DNA of 63,087 nt, filler included, from Parasitella parasitica NRRL 2501 (taxonomy: Eukaryota > Fungi > Mucoromycota): NCBI GenBank assembly GCA_025201805.1. It is 4 parts of 4 records of this genome, joined end to end, with 100 filler letters (N's around TTAATTAATTAA, not from the genome) between each part and the next. Parts side by side here need not be neighbours in the genome. Positions count along the whole stretch, not along the records: positions 1 to 23,524 come from MU619453.1; positions 23,625 to 48,450 come from MU619421.1; 2 more parts are not named here. One strand, 5' to 3'. The notes beneath the pieces were generated by a model. That model saw nothing but the letters and a program-made list of their open reading frames with translations. It did no database searches and was not told the origin of the DNA. The number at the start of each line of letters is the position of its first letter. Position 1 is the first letter of the stretch. A program made the translations under genes and the position numbers. Below, one piece after another: positions 14,954 through 27,937 of this stretch.

Positions 14954-16530
14954 ATGAGATCAGTTTCTGCCCCAGCAAAGTATAATCGTGGCGATGCGCT
15001 TCAAGACGTCGATATAATTGAGCTGGTTCCAGTTGAGCAGGTGATGAAATCGCCACCGGCACCACCAGAAGCCCTAAAATATGGTGGCAGGGAATCAACA
15101 GATCAGCCGCAGGACTCTGATCAAGAAGGCCTCGCGAGAAATGTGTCCAACACAAACACACTATCCAGTATCATGTAAATAAAATTACCCATATGCATGT
15201 ATAAAGGAATAGCGTATAAATAAAAAGTTCAAGATGTGTGGTAGCAGGTACAGGTATATTGGCCATTGCACATGCTCTTGGTCAGTCAGGCTGGATAGGC
15301 TTAGTCTATTTGATAGCGAGTGCGTGTATGTCACATTTCACCGGCATCATCCTAATCAAATGTCTGTATTCCGCAAAGTATGTGTTGTTTATATTGCAAT
15401 TGGTTCCTGAATTAATTTGGTGGATACGCCGTGCGCAGGCATAATGGCGGCGGACGATTGCAAGATTATGCAGACATTGGGCTTGCTGCGTTTGGTAAAC
15501 CAGGTCAAATCATTGGATGGGGGGTTTCTCAGGCATTCCTGTTTTTGACGCCCACCATCTACATGATACTTGCGAGCGAGAACATCTCGGACATGCTGGC
15601 ACAATATGGCTTTGTGTGGCTAGGAAGGCGAGCATGCATCTGGCTCATAGCCATTATCGTCGGCGTGCCTTTTATACTAGTGAGGAATATGAAGGACGTT
15701 TCGTTTTTGAGGTATTTGCTTTATAAATGATGTATTTTACACCTAAAACTAAATCAAGAAAAAAAAAAAAAAGTACGTTTGCTTCCCTGTGCACTGCATG
15801 TTTACTGCTGATTGTCTGTGCTGTTGCGATGTCGTCCTCTGATTACACGGAAAAGATACATTCTGTCCATCACGACATTGCGATTCCCAAAAACATTCCA
15901 ATTGCGTTTAGTACATTTAGTTTCTCCTATTGTGGGCATGTCATTTACCCTCATTTGGAGGCTTCCATGATCACGCCCAGAAGATGGTCCAAAGTACTTT
16001 TGGTGTCCACCTGTGTTATCAGTATCATGTACTTTACAATGGGTCTTGTATGCTACCTGGTTTTTGGCGATCATGTCCAGTCGCCCGTATACAAGAGCCT
16101 GCCTGCAGGCTCATCCCAAAACGTTGCCATGTTTGTCATCACCGTCCATGTCATTCTTGTCATTCCGTTTTATCTGTATGTTTTCACGACGAGGATCGAG
16201 CAATGGCTAAAGATCAAAGACGGTAATGGCACGGGTAGGCTCATGCGGACCTCGCTGCGTATGGCACAAGTCATTGTTTGTGGGATTTTCGCCATGTTTA
16301 TACCCTACTTTTCTGACTTTATGGCATTGGTTGGAACTATCTTATCAGATACCTTATCTTTCGTGCTACCTTCCGTTTTCTGGTTGAAATTAAACTGGTA
16401 TCGTCACCACCAGGAGAAGACAGACTACGAAGCCATTGTTTGTTTCATTGTGGCCTTGATGGGAGTCTTTTGTGCCACTTTCGGCACCATTGATGCAGCT
16501 AAACAGCTATACCACGATTATGTAAGATAG
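14954..16530 (+). CDS. Amino acid/auxin permease (Aa_trans, Avt1-like) transporter, 4 exons
   Basis: CVVAGTGILAIAHALGQSGW, DYADIGLAAFG, FSFSYCGH.IYP.LEASM, PYFSDFMALVG; many transmembrane segments. Confidence 0.9.
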
Positions 16531-16676
16531 ATTGCGGTGTGTGTGTGAGAATAAATCATAGTTCCAGTATGCTAATATGGCAAAGAATAAAGATAAGATA
16601 AAAAAAAAAAGCTATAAAAATGGGCGTTTTCTAGTGTGAATGTTTGCATTAATTTCCTTCTTTTTCTTTCACTAAA

Positions 16677-16958
16677 ATGACTTTTCCTACTGCAATTCGC
16701 TTCCAAAAGACAATCCAACAAGATACTTTGCTTTTGCAAAAGGTGATCCAGCAGATCCGGCCTGAGCTGATCAAGGCTGCGACTGCAAGCGCTCCAAGGA
16801 CAACTACTGCCACTACATCTACAAGATGGGGTGACATTGAAAAGAAAAAGATTGAGACCAATGCAAATCCTGCTGTCGTATTTGACTCCTTGCTGCAAAA
16901 GTCTGCCTCTGTTGCCAGCAAGGAACGCAATAACCGCTTTGAAGATACTATTTTGTAA
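16677..16958 (+). CDS. Small hypothetical protein (93 aa)
   Basis: AAAATG start context, TATAAAA at ~16613, CT-rich leader, coding-like composition; no recognised domain. Confidence 0.55.
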   Translation: MTFPTAIRFQKTIQQDTLLLQKVIQQIRPELIKAATASAPRTTTATTSTRWGDIEKKKIETNANPAVVFDSLLQKSASVASKERNNRFEDTIL

Positions 16959-17383
16959 GAAAACCCCGTATATAATAAATCAACACATCAATTTCATGCA
17001 AAACATCTATTGTCAAATGATTTCCCCAATCGCATTGTAATAAAATACCATTAATCGCTGGTTTCAATGATATTTTAAATAGTGGTCCTGAGAGTGGTGC
17101 TATATGACATAACGAAACCCCATCTGTTCAGCGTTTGATGGTATGATTGGTACCGTAATCCGTCCAGTGTTGTCGTTTGCTTATTGCTCTTGACCCTCTT
17201 CCTCCCCCCCCCCTTTTTTTTTGATGTTCAGCTGACAGCCCGGCTGATGTGAAATAATGTAATCAACATTTCCGACCAATGCCGCTTGTTGCTTGCATGG
17301 CAAGTGGTATAAAGCATGATATTTTTATAGGAGATAAAAGCTCGTTTCTTCTCTCTTTTGTTGTTAAAAAAAATCACAAAAAC

Positions 17384-18488
17384 ATGATAACGTCTACTAT
17401 ATATTTTTGTGTCAAGCTGGGCCTCTTACAGCTCTATCCTGCCTACATCTGCTACAAGGCCGTCAAAATCAACAATCAGCAGGAATTTGGATCTCTTTTG
17501 ACCTTTTGGATTGTGTCCATCACTTATCTCTCGGTCGAGTATTTTTCGGATATATTCTTATTCTGGTATGTTTACTAAACAAAGTGGCCAAGTATGATAC
17601 TCACTGAAAAGCAAAGGATTCCGTTCTACACTGAATTTAAGCTGGTGGTTGTGCTGTGGCTCATACTACCTCAGACCCAAGTAACCTATATTTGTGCTGC
17701 CTTGCATGAATGGAATCTAACAAATCTTGCTTAGGGGACCTCTGTGTTTTATACAAGATATCTGGACCCATTTTTACATTCGAACGAGGAACACATCGAT
17801 AATGCGCTTTTAGAGATCCAGGCAAAACTAAAAGAAACTATTGTGCTATACGGAAAGAAGCTGATTGACAGCACAAAGCGGTTTATAACAGATGCCGTTT
17901 TCAAGGTTAGTGATAGTAGCTGTAGCAGCAGCAATATGACTTTATGACAGCAATTCATGCTATCGTTAGGGTCACGAAGTTGAACAAGAGACAACACAGA
18001 GTTTTACTGCTGAGCAGGCACAAAAAAGTGAAAAGGAAGCAGCGGCTATCGATAACGGAAGAGGAGGATACATTATAAATCCATATAGTTTGTTTTCTTC
18101 TCTGATCACAACTGCAGCGAATAGATATCAACAACAAAATAAACAAGATACCCCTTCACCACCATCACCATCACAAGCAACTGTTACAGTTGAAGCGCCA
18201 ACTCCTATTACAAGTAGCGGTACCACTGTAACCACCAAACCTGCTGCAAGTGCTGCGGCAGAAGATAACAACAACAACAAACTTGAGCGTACGGATAGCC
18301 ATGATTCTTTACAATCCTACGTCAACATTAAAGAAGGGAGCAGTGTCAACACAACACCCGACTTGTCAGGTCCAAAGCAAACTGGGTCAGAGGCATCTGG
18401 AGCTACTTGGGGCGGTTATCTTGCTAGTTGGATGAAGAAGCCCTCTTCTTCGTCAGTGATTGTTACTGAAGATAAGAAGCAAGATTAA
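17384..18488 (+). CDS. TB2/DP1/HVA22 (REEP/Yop1-like) family protein, multi-exon
   Basis: LYPAYICYKAV, LLTFWIV, FW|IPFYTEFKL..VLWLILPQTQ|GTSVFY..YLDPF...EEHID. Confidence 0.88.
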
Positions 18489-19267
18489 ATAAATAATCTT
18501 TTTTCTTTGTGTAATGAGCACATTTACAAAAATGATGCCTCAATTAATAGGGATATAAACTTTTCCTAGTTCAGGTATATCTTTGGGAAAGGGGGGGGGG
18601 GAGAGAAACGCTTTGATTTTGACTTTGATTTGTGCAATGATGCAACGGAAATCAGCAGATGACCTGGTCATAGGTTTCAAACAAGTTTGTCAATAGCCCT
18701 ACATGAAAAGCTAGTTCTACAAGATTACCAAAATCAATTTGAAAGAGGTCCGGGTTAGTTTGTAAGTCTCAAAACAATTTCCATGCAGTAAAATCATTGT
18801 TCATGCAATGAAAGACGTAAGCTTATATTCATTTGATGGTATGAATCCAACATACACTCTCAGGACGTTTACTGCGGGAAACCTGTAAAAATCAAAAACT
18901 GGTTTCAAAACATAAAAGGAAACCATCATGCATGAATAGCGACAAATTAGCTTTAAACTTGGTATTATTGTATACTCTGATATTATATATTTTCTTTTAA
19001 AGAACCTCTTTTTGCGTATAATGACATGGTTGAAGGACCTTGCCTTGACATCAAAACCATCCGAATTATGTTGATGAGTAGAAAATATGGGCTTTTTCAT
19101 GCGAAATTTTTACGTGAGTGTGTGAATATATCATACTGTGACCGGATCAAACTGTTATCACTACTCCCTTTGTTTGTCATGTTGTGGTGATTATTTGATG
19201 GCTTTACCAATGGGTGTATGGTTTCATATTTTCAGTCTTTTTTTCCTTACTTTTTTTCAAAATAAAC

Positions 19268-20458
19268 ATGTTGCCTAGACTGTCCCGTCCTCGAAGTTCT
19301 AATCCACTTTTTACAGTTGCTTTTGCTGCTGTTATGGCCAAAAGAACTACTAGATTATTGCACTCACAACCTGTAAACCCACTTTATAAAGAAAAAGAGG
19401 AAGAATCGAAACAAGGAAGGGCAAACGAAATTATTGAAGCTGTTCTCTATGGATCCAAAAAAATCAAAGAAATCGAAAACCAAACGCATTCAAAGATGCT
19501 CGCGAGAGGAAAATATGTGCATGAACTTCAAAGTAGGTCAAGTTCTATTTGACATGCCAGCATCCAAAAGTCATTTAAAATGTATATTCAAGTTCATAGA
19601 GTAAAGCCCGAGAAAGTCGATGTATACAAGGAATTGGTGTAAGGAAATAGTGTCTTGGCTGTTGACCTTCTAACATAGTTATGTAGATCCAAACACCTTC
19701 CAAAAATTGCTAATGATCCTCTGAACGATGTCCATTTATGCGGTAGCTGGTCTGTTGAAATCGGCCAACAAGATTCATTTGGTTAGTGGATGCAATTTGC
19801 ACACGCACACATAGATGCACATTGACACTGTTGCTACTATAGTTCATATTTGGGAGTATAAGGGTTATCCCGGCCATAAACAGACGTTGGAAAGATTAGA
19901 AAATGATACTAGTTACATCGAATTCATGAATAACCTTCGACCTCTTTTGATCTCCCGCGAAAACAACATCTTGCTTGAGTTTGACTTTTGGCAAACATCC
20001 CCTCCAAAAGTTACAAATGGCATATTCGAACTTCGTAAATATAACTTAAAGCCTGGTAGGTTATTGGAATGGGAAATGTATTGGCGTAAAGGGCTTGAAT
20101 GTAGACGTCAATTTTGCGAGCCTGTGGGCGCCTGGTTTACTCAATTGGGTGAACTGAATACCGTGTATCACATGTGGACATATCCGTAACGTATCCATTT
20201 ATGATTGAATCCTACCTATTTTTTCACTTACTCGTGTGCTCATAAATGGTTTTTTTTTAAAGCGATCTGCAAACTAGGAAATCTACTAGAGAAGATGCCT
20301 GGAATACTGAAGATTGGCCCCAGACAGTTTACAATACGGGTAAATATCAAATTTTTAAAATTATATATCACAGTATTAATTAGTCGAACATAGTCCGTTT
20401 AGTAGACAATATGAATTCGTTTATATTAAAACCATTAGCATATAGTCCTTTGAGATAA
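19268..20458 (+). CDS. NIPSNAP family mitochondrial protein, 6 exons
   Basis: HSKMLARGKYVHELQ, GSWSVEIG, HIWEYKGY, IFELRKYNLKPG, GAWFTQLGELNTVYHMW, C-terminal LKPLAYSPLR. Confidence 0.93.
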
Positions 20459-20462
20459 ATTA

Positions 20463-21982
20463 TTAAATCTTTGCGAAACACAGTGTGGCATTTGTACCAC
20501 CAAATCCAAAGCTGTTTGTGATAGCAGCTCTCACTTGCTTTTCTTGAGCTACGAGTGGAACGTAATTCAAATTAAATTCTTCGCTTGCTAGGTTATGTAA
20601 ATTAAGTGTTGGAGGGATTATGTTTGTATGCACAGATAAGATTGAGAAAATCGCTTCTACAGCACCAGCAGCGCCTAATAAATGACCTGTTGCACCTTTG
20701 GAAGAAGATACATTGATGTTATCCCAATGACCATCAAACACAGTCTTAATGGCCCTATTCTCTGCCACATCTCCTGCGGGAGTACTTGTAGCATGCGCAT
20801 TTACATAATCTATATCGGCCGGCGAAAGTCCTGCTACTTGTAACGCTCGTCGCATGGATCGAGTGGCACCATGCCCGTTTTCTGGAGGAGAGGTCATATG
20901 ATGTGCATCACCAGAAAGTCCATATCCCTTTAATTCAGCATACATTTTGGCACCTCTCTTCTTTGCATGTTCGTATTCCTCTAATACAACCATCCCTGAT
21001 CCCTCTCCCATTACAAATCCAGATCTATCCCTGTCAAAAGGTCGCGATGCTTCGGTGGGGTTGTTCTCATATTGTGTTGCTAACGATTTTGCCCGTGCAA
21101 ATCCGGCAATTGCTAATGGATGCACGGATGCTTCGCTTCCACCAGCAACCATAACATCAGCATCTCCATATTGAATAAATCGCATAGCATCGCCAATAGC
21201 ATGGGCTCCAGTTGTGCACGCTGTTGATACGGCATGGTTAGGACCCTAATAAACTAATATAAGTTTACTGTCGCTGTAAACTAATCTTATTAAAGAAACA
21301 GTAACTTACCTGGTACCCATACTTCATAGTAAGATGACCTGCTGCCATATTGATCAAAATTCTTGGAACAAACATAGGTGACACTTTTCTATACCCCTAT
21401 TTTTAAAACAATTTAGATTTGCCATTCTTTATGTATGTGGGTTCTTTCAAGAAACGTTACGCCAGATGAGTAGGCAGTTGAAGTGTCAACTATATCTTCC
21501 AAGCTTCCCATACCAGAGCCTATGCAAACACCCTTTCATTTTATGATCGGTACTTCTTTTTTAATTCCAAAAAGTTCAAGCATCAGCATTCAATACTTAC
21601 AGTTCTCTCTTTATCTAAATCATTCTCAGGTATCCATTGAGCATCGTTGATAGCTTGACGTGCTGCTGCGATCGCATAATGGGAAAACTTTGCCATTGTT
21701 CGATCGTCCTAATTTAGCTTTAGTTGAAGATACCGCGAAGAGAAACCGTCTTCTCACCCCTTTATCAAGCCATTCACTTGCTGTAAATTTTCCTTCCTCA
21801 TAACTGCCTCTCGGTACTTCTGCCGCAATTCTTACAGGTAATTTTTCAAAACCCTCGCGCTCAGCTAATGAGATAATACCGCATTGACTTGCTAATAGAT
21901 TTTTCCAGGCCGTCTTGACTCCTACGCCGACAGGACTGACAATGCCCAATCCAGTAACTACAACTCTACGTTGTACTGCCAT
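20463..21982 (-). CDS. CEM1: Mitochondrial 3-oxoacyl-[ACP] synthase (KAS II/OXSM), multi-exon
   Basis: [21 protein letters not shown] (catalytic Cys), [25 protein letters not shown]. Confidence 0.95.
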
Positions 21983-22849
21983 TATTACTGTGAGAAAATG
22001 CAAAGTAAAAGAAAAAGCGAGGGAAACTTTTAAAACTAGATATTTTTATAAATGCCCAACGGAGATTGTAAACTACGATGCTCCTGCCAGCCGTCAATTT
22101 GCTGCCGTTTGATCAGAACTTTATTGTAATGAAGTTAAAACCTTAAAAATTCCTATATTTTATAAGATTTCAAAATTCATAATTTCTTTATCGCAATCAC
22201 TGATTTCACTACTATACTTTGGATCTTATACACAGCAGCATATATCAAGTAAATATCTTGCTTTCATCCATAAATCTGGAGCCCTCCGAAACATGCAATA
22301 TGCTAAAAAAGTACTCGTCTGATAGCCCTGCTTGCACCTACATTGGCCCTGCTCGTACCTATATTGGCCTTGCTTTTTCTATATCAAAGTTCAATTATAC
22401 GCTGTTTATATGTAATTTTATTTGAGAATTGTTGTTGTTCTTTTGCTGAAAACTTTTTATAACATGCCCCATCACATAGTCCAAATAATATATAAATGTA
22501 TGCATCACCGTATAGTACCCCTGATTGTACTTGTATCAGTCAATTAGTCCAACAAATCCCATACATTCTTTGTTCGTAAAAATGAATGTTATAAACGTTT
22601 ATTGATTTATCAAAAAGTTTTATAGAAAGTAATCAAGTAGAGATCCGTTTATCAATAAACTTCTATGTGCCGCGTTCAGTTTTATACTGATCAAATATTA
22701 ATATACGATTAGATGTTTTAATCTTTGATAAAAGTTTGTCATATATTAAGATCCAATATACGAATTCGATACATCAAACCTCTTCAAGGCAATCTTCTCT
22801 CAAAATGTCAATTCTTTGATTTAATCGTTCAATTCATGCCCAGAAAAAC

Positions 22850-23210
22850 AGGACCACGTGATTTCATATTTCAAGCTCCGACGGCGAAAAAACCAAAATG
22901 TTTTTGCGGGAAACGTTTGATAAAGACATCGCCCAGTGGGAGCCAAGTTATGCTCAAATAGCGATGATCATGCCTGATTTTATGGCGCATAAGACAATGT
23001 TTATTCTGTTCTTTATCGAAGGTTATCATTGATAACATGCAATTCTGATATATAAATTTGTGATATCATCAGATAATTTTGTAGATATCAATAAAAACAT
23101 GGAAGCCAATGTTGTTGCCAGATAGCGCCAAGTCAATGCTAAGTTTTCCAAGTTAGATCTCGGTTCTACGGTGATTTTAGCAAAAGTTATGAGCAAATAT
23201 CTGATAAATA
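22850..23210 (+). repeat. Single unit of the ~335-bp repeat family
   Basis: Reverse-complement match to 47260-47610 (e.g. catggaagccaatgttgttgccagatagcgccaagtcaatgctaag). Confidence 0.9.
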
Positions 23211-23261
23211 TAGTATCATAATGATAGATAGGAGATCATGGTAATGTACTTCAATCGAAAA

Positions 23262-23339
23262 TTGTGAAATGCTTGTGTAAACTGGAGAATAAAGTCTCTG
23301 TTTCAAATCAAGAAGGTTATTCCTGTAAGTATCACAGAT
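23262..23339 (+). repeat. LTR fragment shared with the solo LTR at 57513-57923
   Basis: gcttgtgtaaa.tggagaataaagtctctgtttcaaatcaagaaggttattcctgtaagta.cacagat also occurs at ~57597-57666. Confidence 0.85.
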
Positions 23340-23624
23340 TGGCCCTGTACCCATATCTGGAGTTCAGAATTAATTTTTTAATGAGGAGAGCCGCAAGCTC
23401 TCCTCATTAAAAAAAATTCCATATTCGAGGTATAATCGCCACTAGATATCTCCTAAAGCATTTAAATTGCTTTGTATCAAAATCCTTATGAAGAAATTGA
23501 GAAATTTACAATAAATCCCCCCCCNNNNNNNNNNNNNNNNNNNNNNNNNNNNNNNNNNNNNNNNNNNNTTAATTAATTAANNNNNNNNNNNNNNNNNNNN
23601 NNNNNNNNNNNNNNNNNNNNNNNN

Positions 23625-24133
23625 TTGATATGTTTCATTGTTGAGATTGATCCAAGAATATGAGCTGATGTAACATATCAAATAGTTTGTTCGCACCTTG
23701 ACATTTGAGAGCAAGTCCGTATATCTTGTTGATGTCATGGCAGCCGAGACATTGCGATATCCAGTGACCGTAGAGATATTATACTGATTCGTATCTGATA
23801 CAATCATATAATATATTTGCAGTAAATCAGCAAGCGTAGTGTACTTGTAGGAATTGATATAGTGCAGATGTAGTAGTGCGTATACATCAACATCATGATC
23901 CATTGGGATATGTTCCTGAATTGTGTTCAGGATTGAGTTTACTTGAGTTTGACTTCCGGTTGGGAAATTGACACATCACCAGGGTCTTACAGTAAAGGGT
24001 AGTCATGATTGTTATGCCAGTGTCAAAGGGCGCAGCGTAATGTTATTATTATGTAAATATGATTTGTATAAAGTAATAAAGACTTTTCTGAATAAAACCA
24101 GATACAAAATTGAAGACTTTAATTGACATAAGA
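23625..24133. mobile_element. Nested solo-LTR fragments of three families
   Basis: 23625-23892 is the reverse complement of LTR 52396-52660; 23893-23978 is the reverse complement of 26935-27020; 23979-24133 resembles LTR 55787-55997 (ccagggtcttacagtaaa...gtagtcatgatt). Confidence 0.75.
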
Positions 24134-24613
24134 TATGATCTCTATTTATACTAAAATATATCCCATTCAATGTTTATCCACATAACATCTGATGTTTGAC
24201 AAGAAGTGTCAAACCTTATTAAATCACAGCATTTCCAGGCAGACCTATCTTTCTATTTTACATTAAAGAGAAGATTGGGTAGGATGTCTTCCCGACATCC
24301 CGCGATCTGATCTAAATGTATTCTTTGAATAAGCCTGGAACCTTGCAAGAGGTTCAATTACACACTTGTAGCTTATATTCCTTACATATTTGTAAAAGAA
24401 TTACCAAAAATTAATATCATGATCCCTGCATTATGACTAAGTTAGATATGAGATAAAAGACACCTTTATTATTTTAAGATACACTTAATTTGTTGAGACA
24501 AGCTGAATTTCCTATGAAAAAACAAAGGTGCAGGCTAACGTCCAATTATCAAACCAGCGACATTTCTTATCCAATTACACTACACACACCACACATTATG
24601 TGTGGAAAAAAAG

Positions 24614-24686
24614 TGCGGGTAAAGCGGATCGAACGCTTGGCCTTTAGATCTTCAGTCTAACGCTCTCCCAGCTGAGCTATACCCGC
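24614..24686 (-). tRNA. tRNA-Phe (GAA), intronless
   Basis: GCGGGTATAGCTCAGCTGGGAGAGCGTTAGACTGAAGATCTAAAGGCCAAGCGTTCGATCCGCTTTACCCGCA folds as a cloverleaf; a T7 Pol III terminator follows. Confidence 0.97.
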
Positions 24687-25399
24687 ATTTCTTTCGTTTT
24701 TCCATCATTTTTTGCTACCCTATCCTGGTAGAAACACTTTCACTTCAACAAAAAACGTATTTTCTCGACAGTCAGCAACGCAATCAACTCGAAATTATAC
24801 CAATATACTTGCCTTATATTAGAGTATCTTGTAGTATAGTTTCAGCCTTGTGGAACAACTGCCTCATATTCTTTTTTAAATTGCTGTGCCAGAAAGGCAT
24901 GAGATTAAGCAATTATTAGATTGGTAATTCTTTGTATACAATGACAAGGAATAAGCTATTAATGTACAATAGAACATGATGTAATAAACTTGGCATTAAA
25001 TACCAAGTTTAATGTTTAACCATGATGACAAATAGTGTTACAACAGATATAATCTAGTATAAAAAGATGGCATTTTCTTATCAATAAAGTCATTAGTTTT
25101 TGTGTCTGATTTTATTTTTATAAAGTTATACATTTTTTGAGCAGATCATATTTATATATCCTCTGCGCATAACAGATCATTTCATACTGATCTACAACAG
25201 TAGCGTTGTTCAATATTAGCATGTGCAAGAGTTGTAGGAGATTGTACTTTGTAGATCAGGAGTGCAAGCTTCCACATACACTTGCTAATGTTTACTTGTG
25301 CTTTTCGTGTATTTGGTTTCTTCATTGGGTCAGCCATGATTCGTCTGGATTTTATTTCATTGTAATTTTGGTACCATATAATAGGTGACATTTCACTAC

Positions 25400-26432
25400 G
25401 ATTATAGTTACCATCTCAGTTGTAGTAAATAATTGAAAAGATATGAATACCCTGTATTTATATGCTAATAAACGAGATATACTTCTTTTATTTGTTCGGA
25501 TACAGCTGAAAGCTGTGAATTATTACTGTGGAATCGGTATAAACTGTTATATGGATTCACGGAAAAAAATTATAATAAAAAAACAATAAAGTCAACTTGA
25601 TAAAGGTATAGGTTTTATTATCAAATCGACAGGTGTATAAAGCTGCCGTTCATCTACTGGCCAGGTAGATGAACCTTTATATACTTAAACTGTGGATAAA
25701 TGTTCTACTCTCGCAATATAACATGTACGACAATACTGCGTAACTAGCATCTTAACTTTGTGCTAACCTACATATCAGCAGACTCAAGATAACTTAACTA
25801 TATTTGAGTCAGGAGATAGACTTTACCCGAGGTAGTACCCTGATCAATCTTCTATGCGAAGATTATTAATATCGATCCATAAGCGTATATCATTCCTTGA
25901 ATAGTCTTATCCAGTCTATAATATTAATAGTATACATGTCTGAGTGTATATCACTTGGGATTCATCTTAGCATATATCGGTATATGTAGCACGTCTATAG
26001 CATGTCATAAGCATATCTATAGCATTGCACATATTGTACAAGTCTGTAGTACATGATGTATCTGTAGCTAGTATCATGGATATAAGTATATGTCTTGTAG
26101 TGCGTATCTGGAAACTGGGGATACGCATCTGAAGCATAGATCTTATATAGCATAAGCTCGTAGCATATACTAAATCTAGTAAATGTCTAAGGCTTGTGTC
26201 GAGATATAAGTATCAGTCTATAGCGTCATCCATCCTAATGGTGCCGTCTCTAGCTTATATCTTATATAGTATAAATCTGTATTGCACATCTTATTATCTG
26301 TGCGCATATGTAGTTTATATCAATTTAAGGTAACTGGATGAATCTAGAAGTGGAATGCAGATCATCATAGTGAATGTATTTCACAATTACAAGTCTCTTT
26401 TTATTATATTAAAATATCCGAAATATACATCA
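25400..26432 (-). mobile_element. LTR-like repeat split by an 859-bp TG...CA insertion (25527-26385) with ATTAC target-site duplication
   Basis: Flanks match the uninterrupted copy at 52745-52905 (gaattattacaagtc); ATTAC is at 25522-25526 and 26386-26390. Confidence 0.85.
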
Positions 26433-27064
26433 TCCTCTACGCACAACATTTATTCCTTATTTGTAAAAGAATTAAAAACAATTAATATCATGATTCGTAC
26501 ATTATAACTATGTTAGATATGACGCATGTAGCTTTTATATGGACACAACACGAGGAACAAATCATCTTGTAAAATCTGACAATTTGTCGTCGAGAATTGA
26601 AGTAATCACATCGGATATTCTGGAAGCAAAAAAATTCTCAGAAGCTTCAAAAATAGTACAGTAATTGTCTCCTGCTTTAAAAAACTTTGGTTTGAATACC
26701 TTTAAATAAATGTATGTTCAATAAAAATCAATGGTGTTAAACGTCCATCGAAAATCAGATCAGAACAATGGATAAACTGTGATCAATGACAAGTTTTCAT
26801 TGACTCGTAGGACACTCACTGATGTATCAATTCTAAAACCGGATGTCAATTTAATATAAACTCATACTGAAGAGTAAAACTCATCAGATCATAAAATAAT
26901 ATGACATGACATTTGAGATAGAGACAATCTTCCCTGATGTGTCAGTTTCCCAACCGGAAGTCAAACACAAGTAAACTCAATCCTGAACCAATTCAGGAAC
27001 ATATCCCACTGGATCGTGTTGCTTATTTATAACTCAACATGACATGTTCATGGACAATAGATAG

Positions 27065-27240
27065 AATCTATCGTTCCACTCTCTACTACACCATGTCTCA
27101 CACTTGTATCTTATCCTCCCATCAGTCCACTTAGATTCACTAGTAAATAAACCATCATTTTTTCCATGTAACAAACGAGATCTTTACCTGATTAATTCAC
27201 AACCGTTTTATTTGAATAATTTCTCATTCTGATAAATCAC
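27065..27240 (-). repeat. LTR-like dispersed repeat
   Basis: Reverse complement of ~48278-48450. Confidence 0.85.
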
Positions 27241-27834
27241 TGATAAATCACAGTTATCGACAGAGAAAATAGCCTTGATTGAGAGAGTATCCCAAACATT
27301 GTAATTTCAGTAAAATTAATTTCATAATTAAAAAATACCCAAAAAGTTGGATTTCAAGTACAACACCATACCAACGCTGCTACATTGACCGACTAAACTT
27401 TAGTATGGCGCTCTCGTAGTTGATTATTCTTGACCTCTAAAATAATGCCCACGCATATCCAGAATATAATACTCTAGCTGCATCGTCTAGTCTTCACATA
27501 CTAGACATCAACAGCACTTAGCACTAGATCCAATCCAGATACGGTTGTCATGACAATGTAGTCAAAATAACAGTAACTATTGTATTCTATGGACACAACA
27601 AATATTAAGATCAGCTTGTTACTAGAAATTCTGTTGCATTATTTTTCATGACGAATGTAAGGCCATTTCAGATGAACCTACATGGATTACGATATGAATC
27701 CATCAAATGTTGCTGATCAACCGAGCTATATGATTCTTATTAAATTCAAGCATTCGTTAAACTACAACGTCTTTTATTAAGAAAAAGCTCTTTTATTAAG
27801 AAAAAGCTCTTTTATTAGTATTGCTTAACGTAAG

Positions 27835-27937
27835 ACAGCCCGCAGTGCAACAAAGGCCGAAAAAACTTGGCTTTCCCTTCGCTATGGTGATTTTTCGCCA
27901 TAGTTTTTTTTTGGGGGGGGGGATTGGAGACAGCTCG
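27835..27937 (+). mobile_element. Isolated Helitron-like 3' terminus
   Basis: gacagccc...aaggccgaaaaa...gatttttcgccatagtt...G-run...acagCTCGtt parallels the 3' end of the Helitron at 53833-53958 (minus strand). Confidence 0.65.

Noticed and set aside
23569-23580. TTAATTAATTAA islands inside N runs (also at ~48495 and ~60991)
   Set aside because: Identical palindromic all-frame-stop spacer between Ns; a scaffolding linker, not biology
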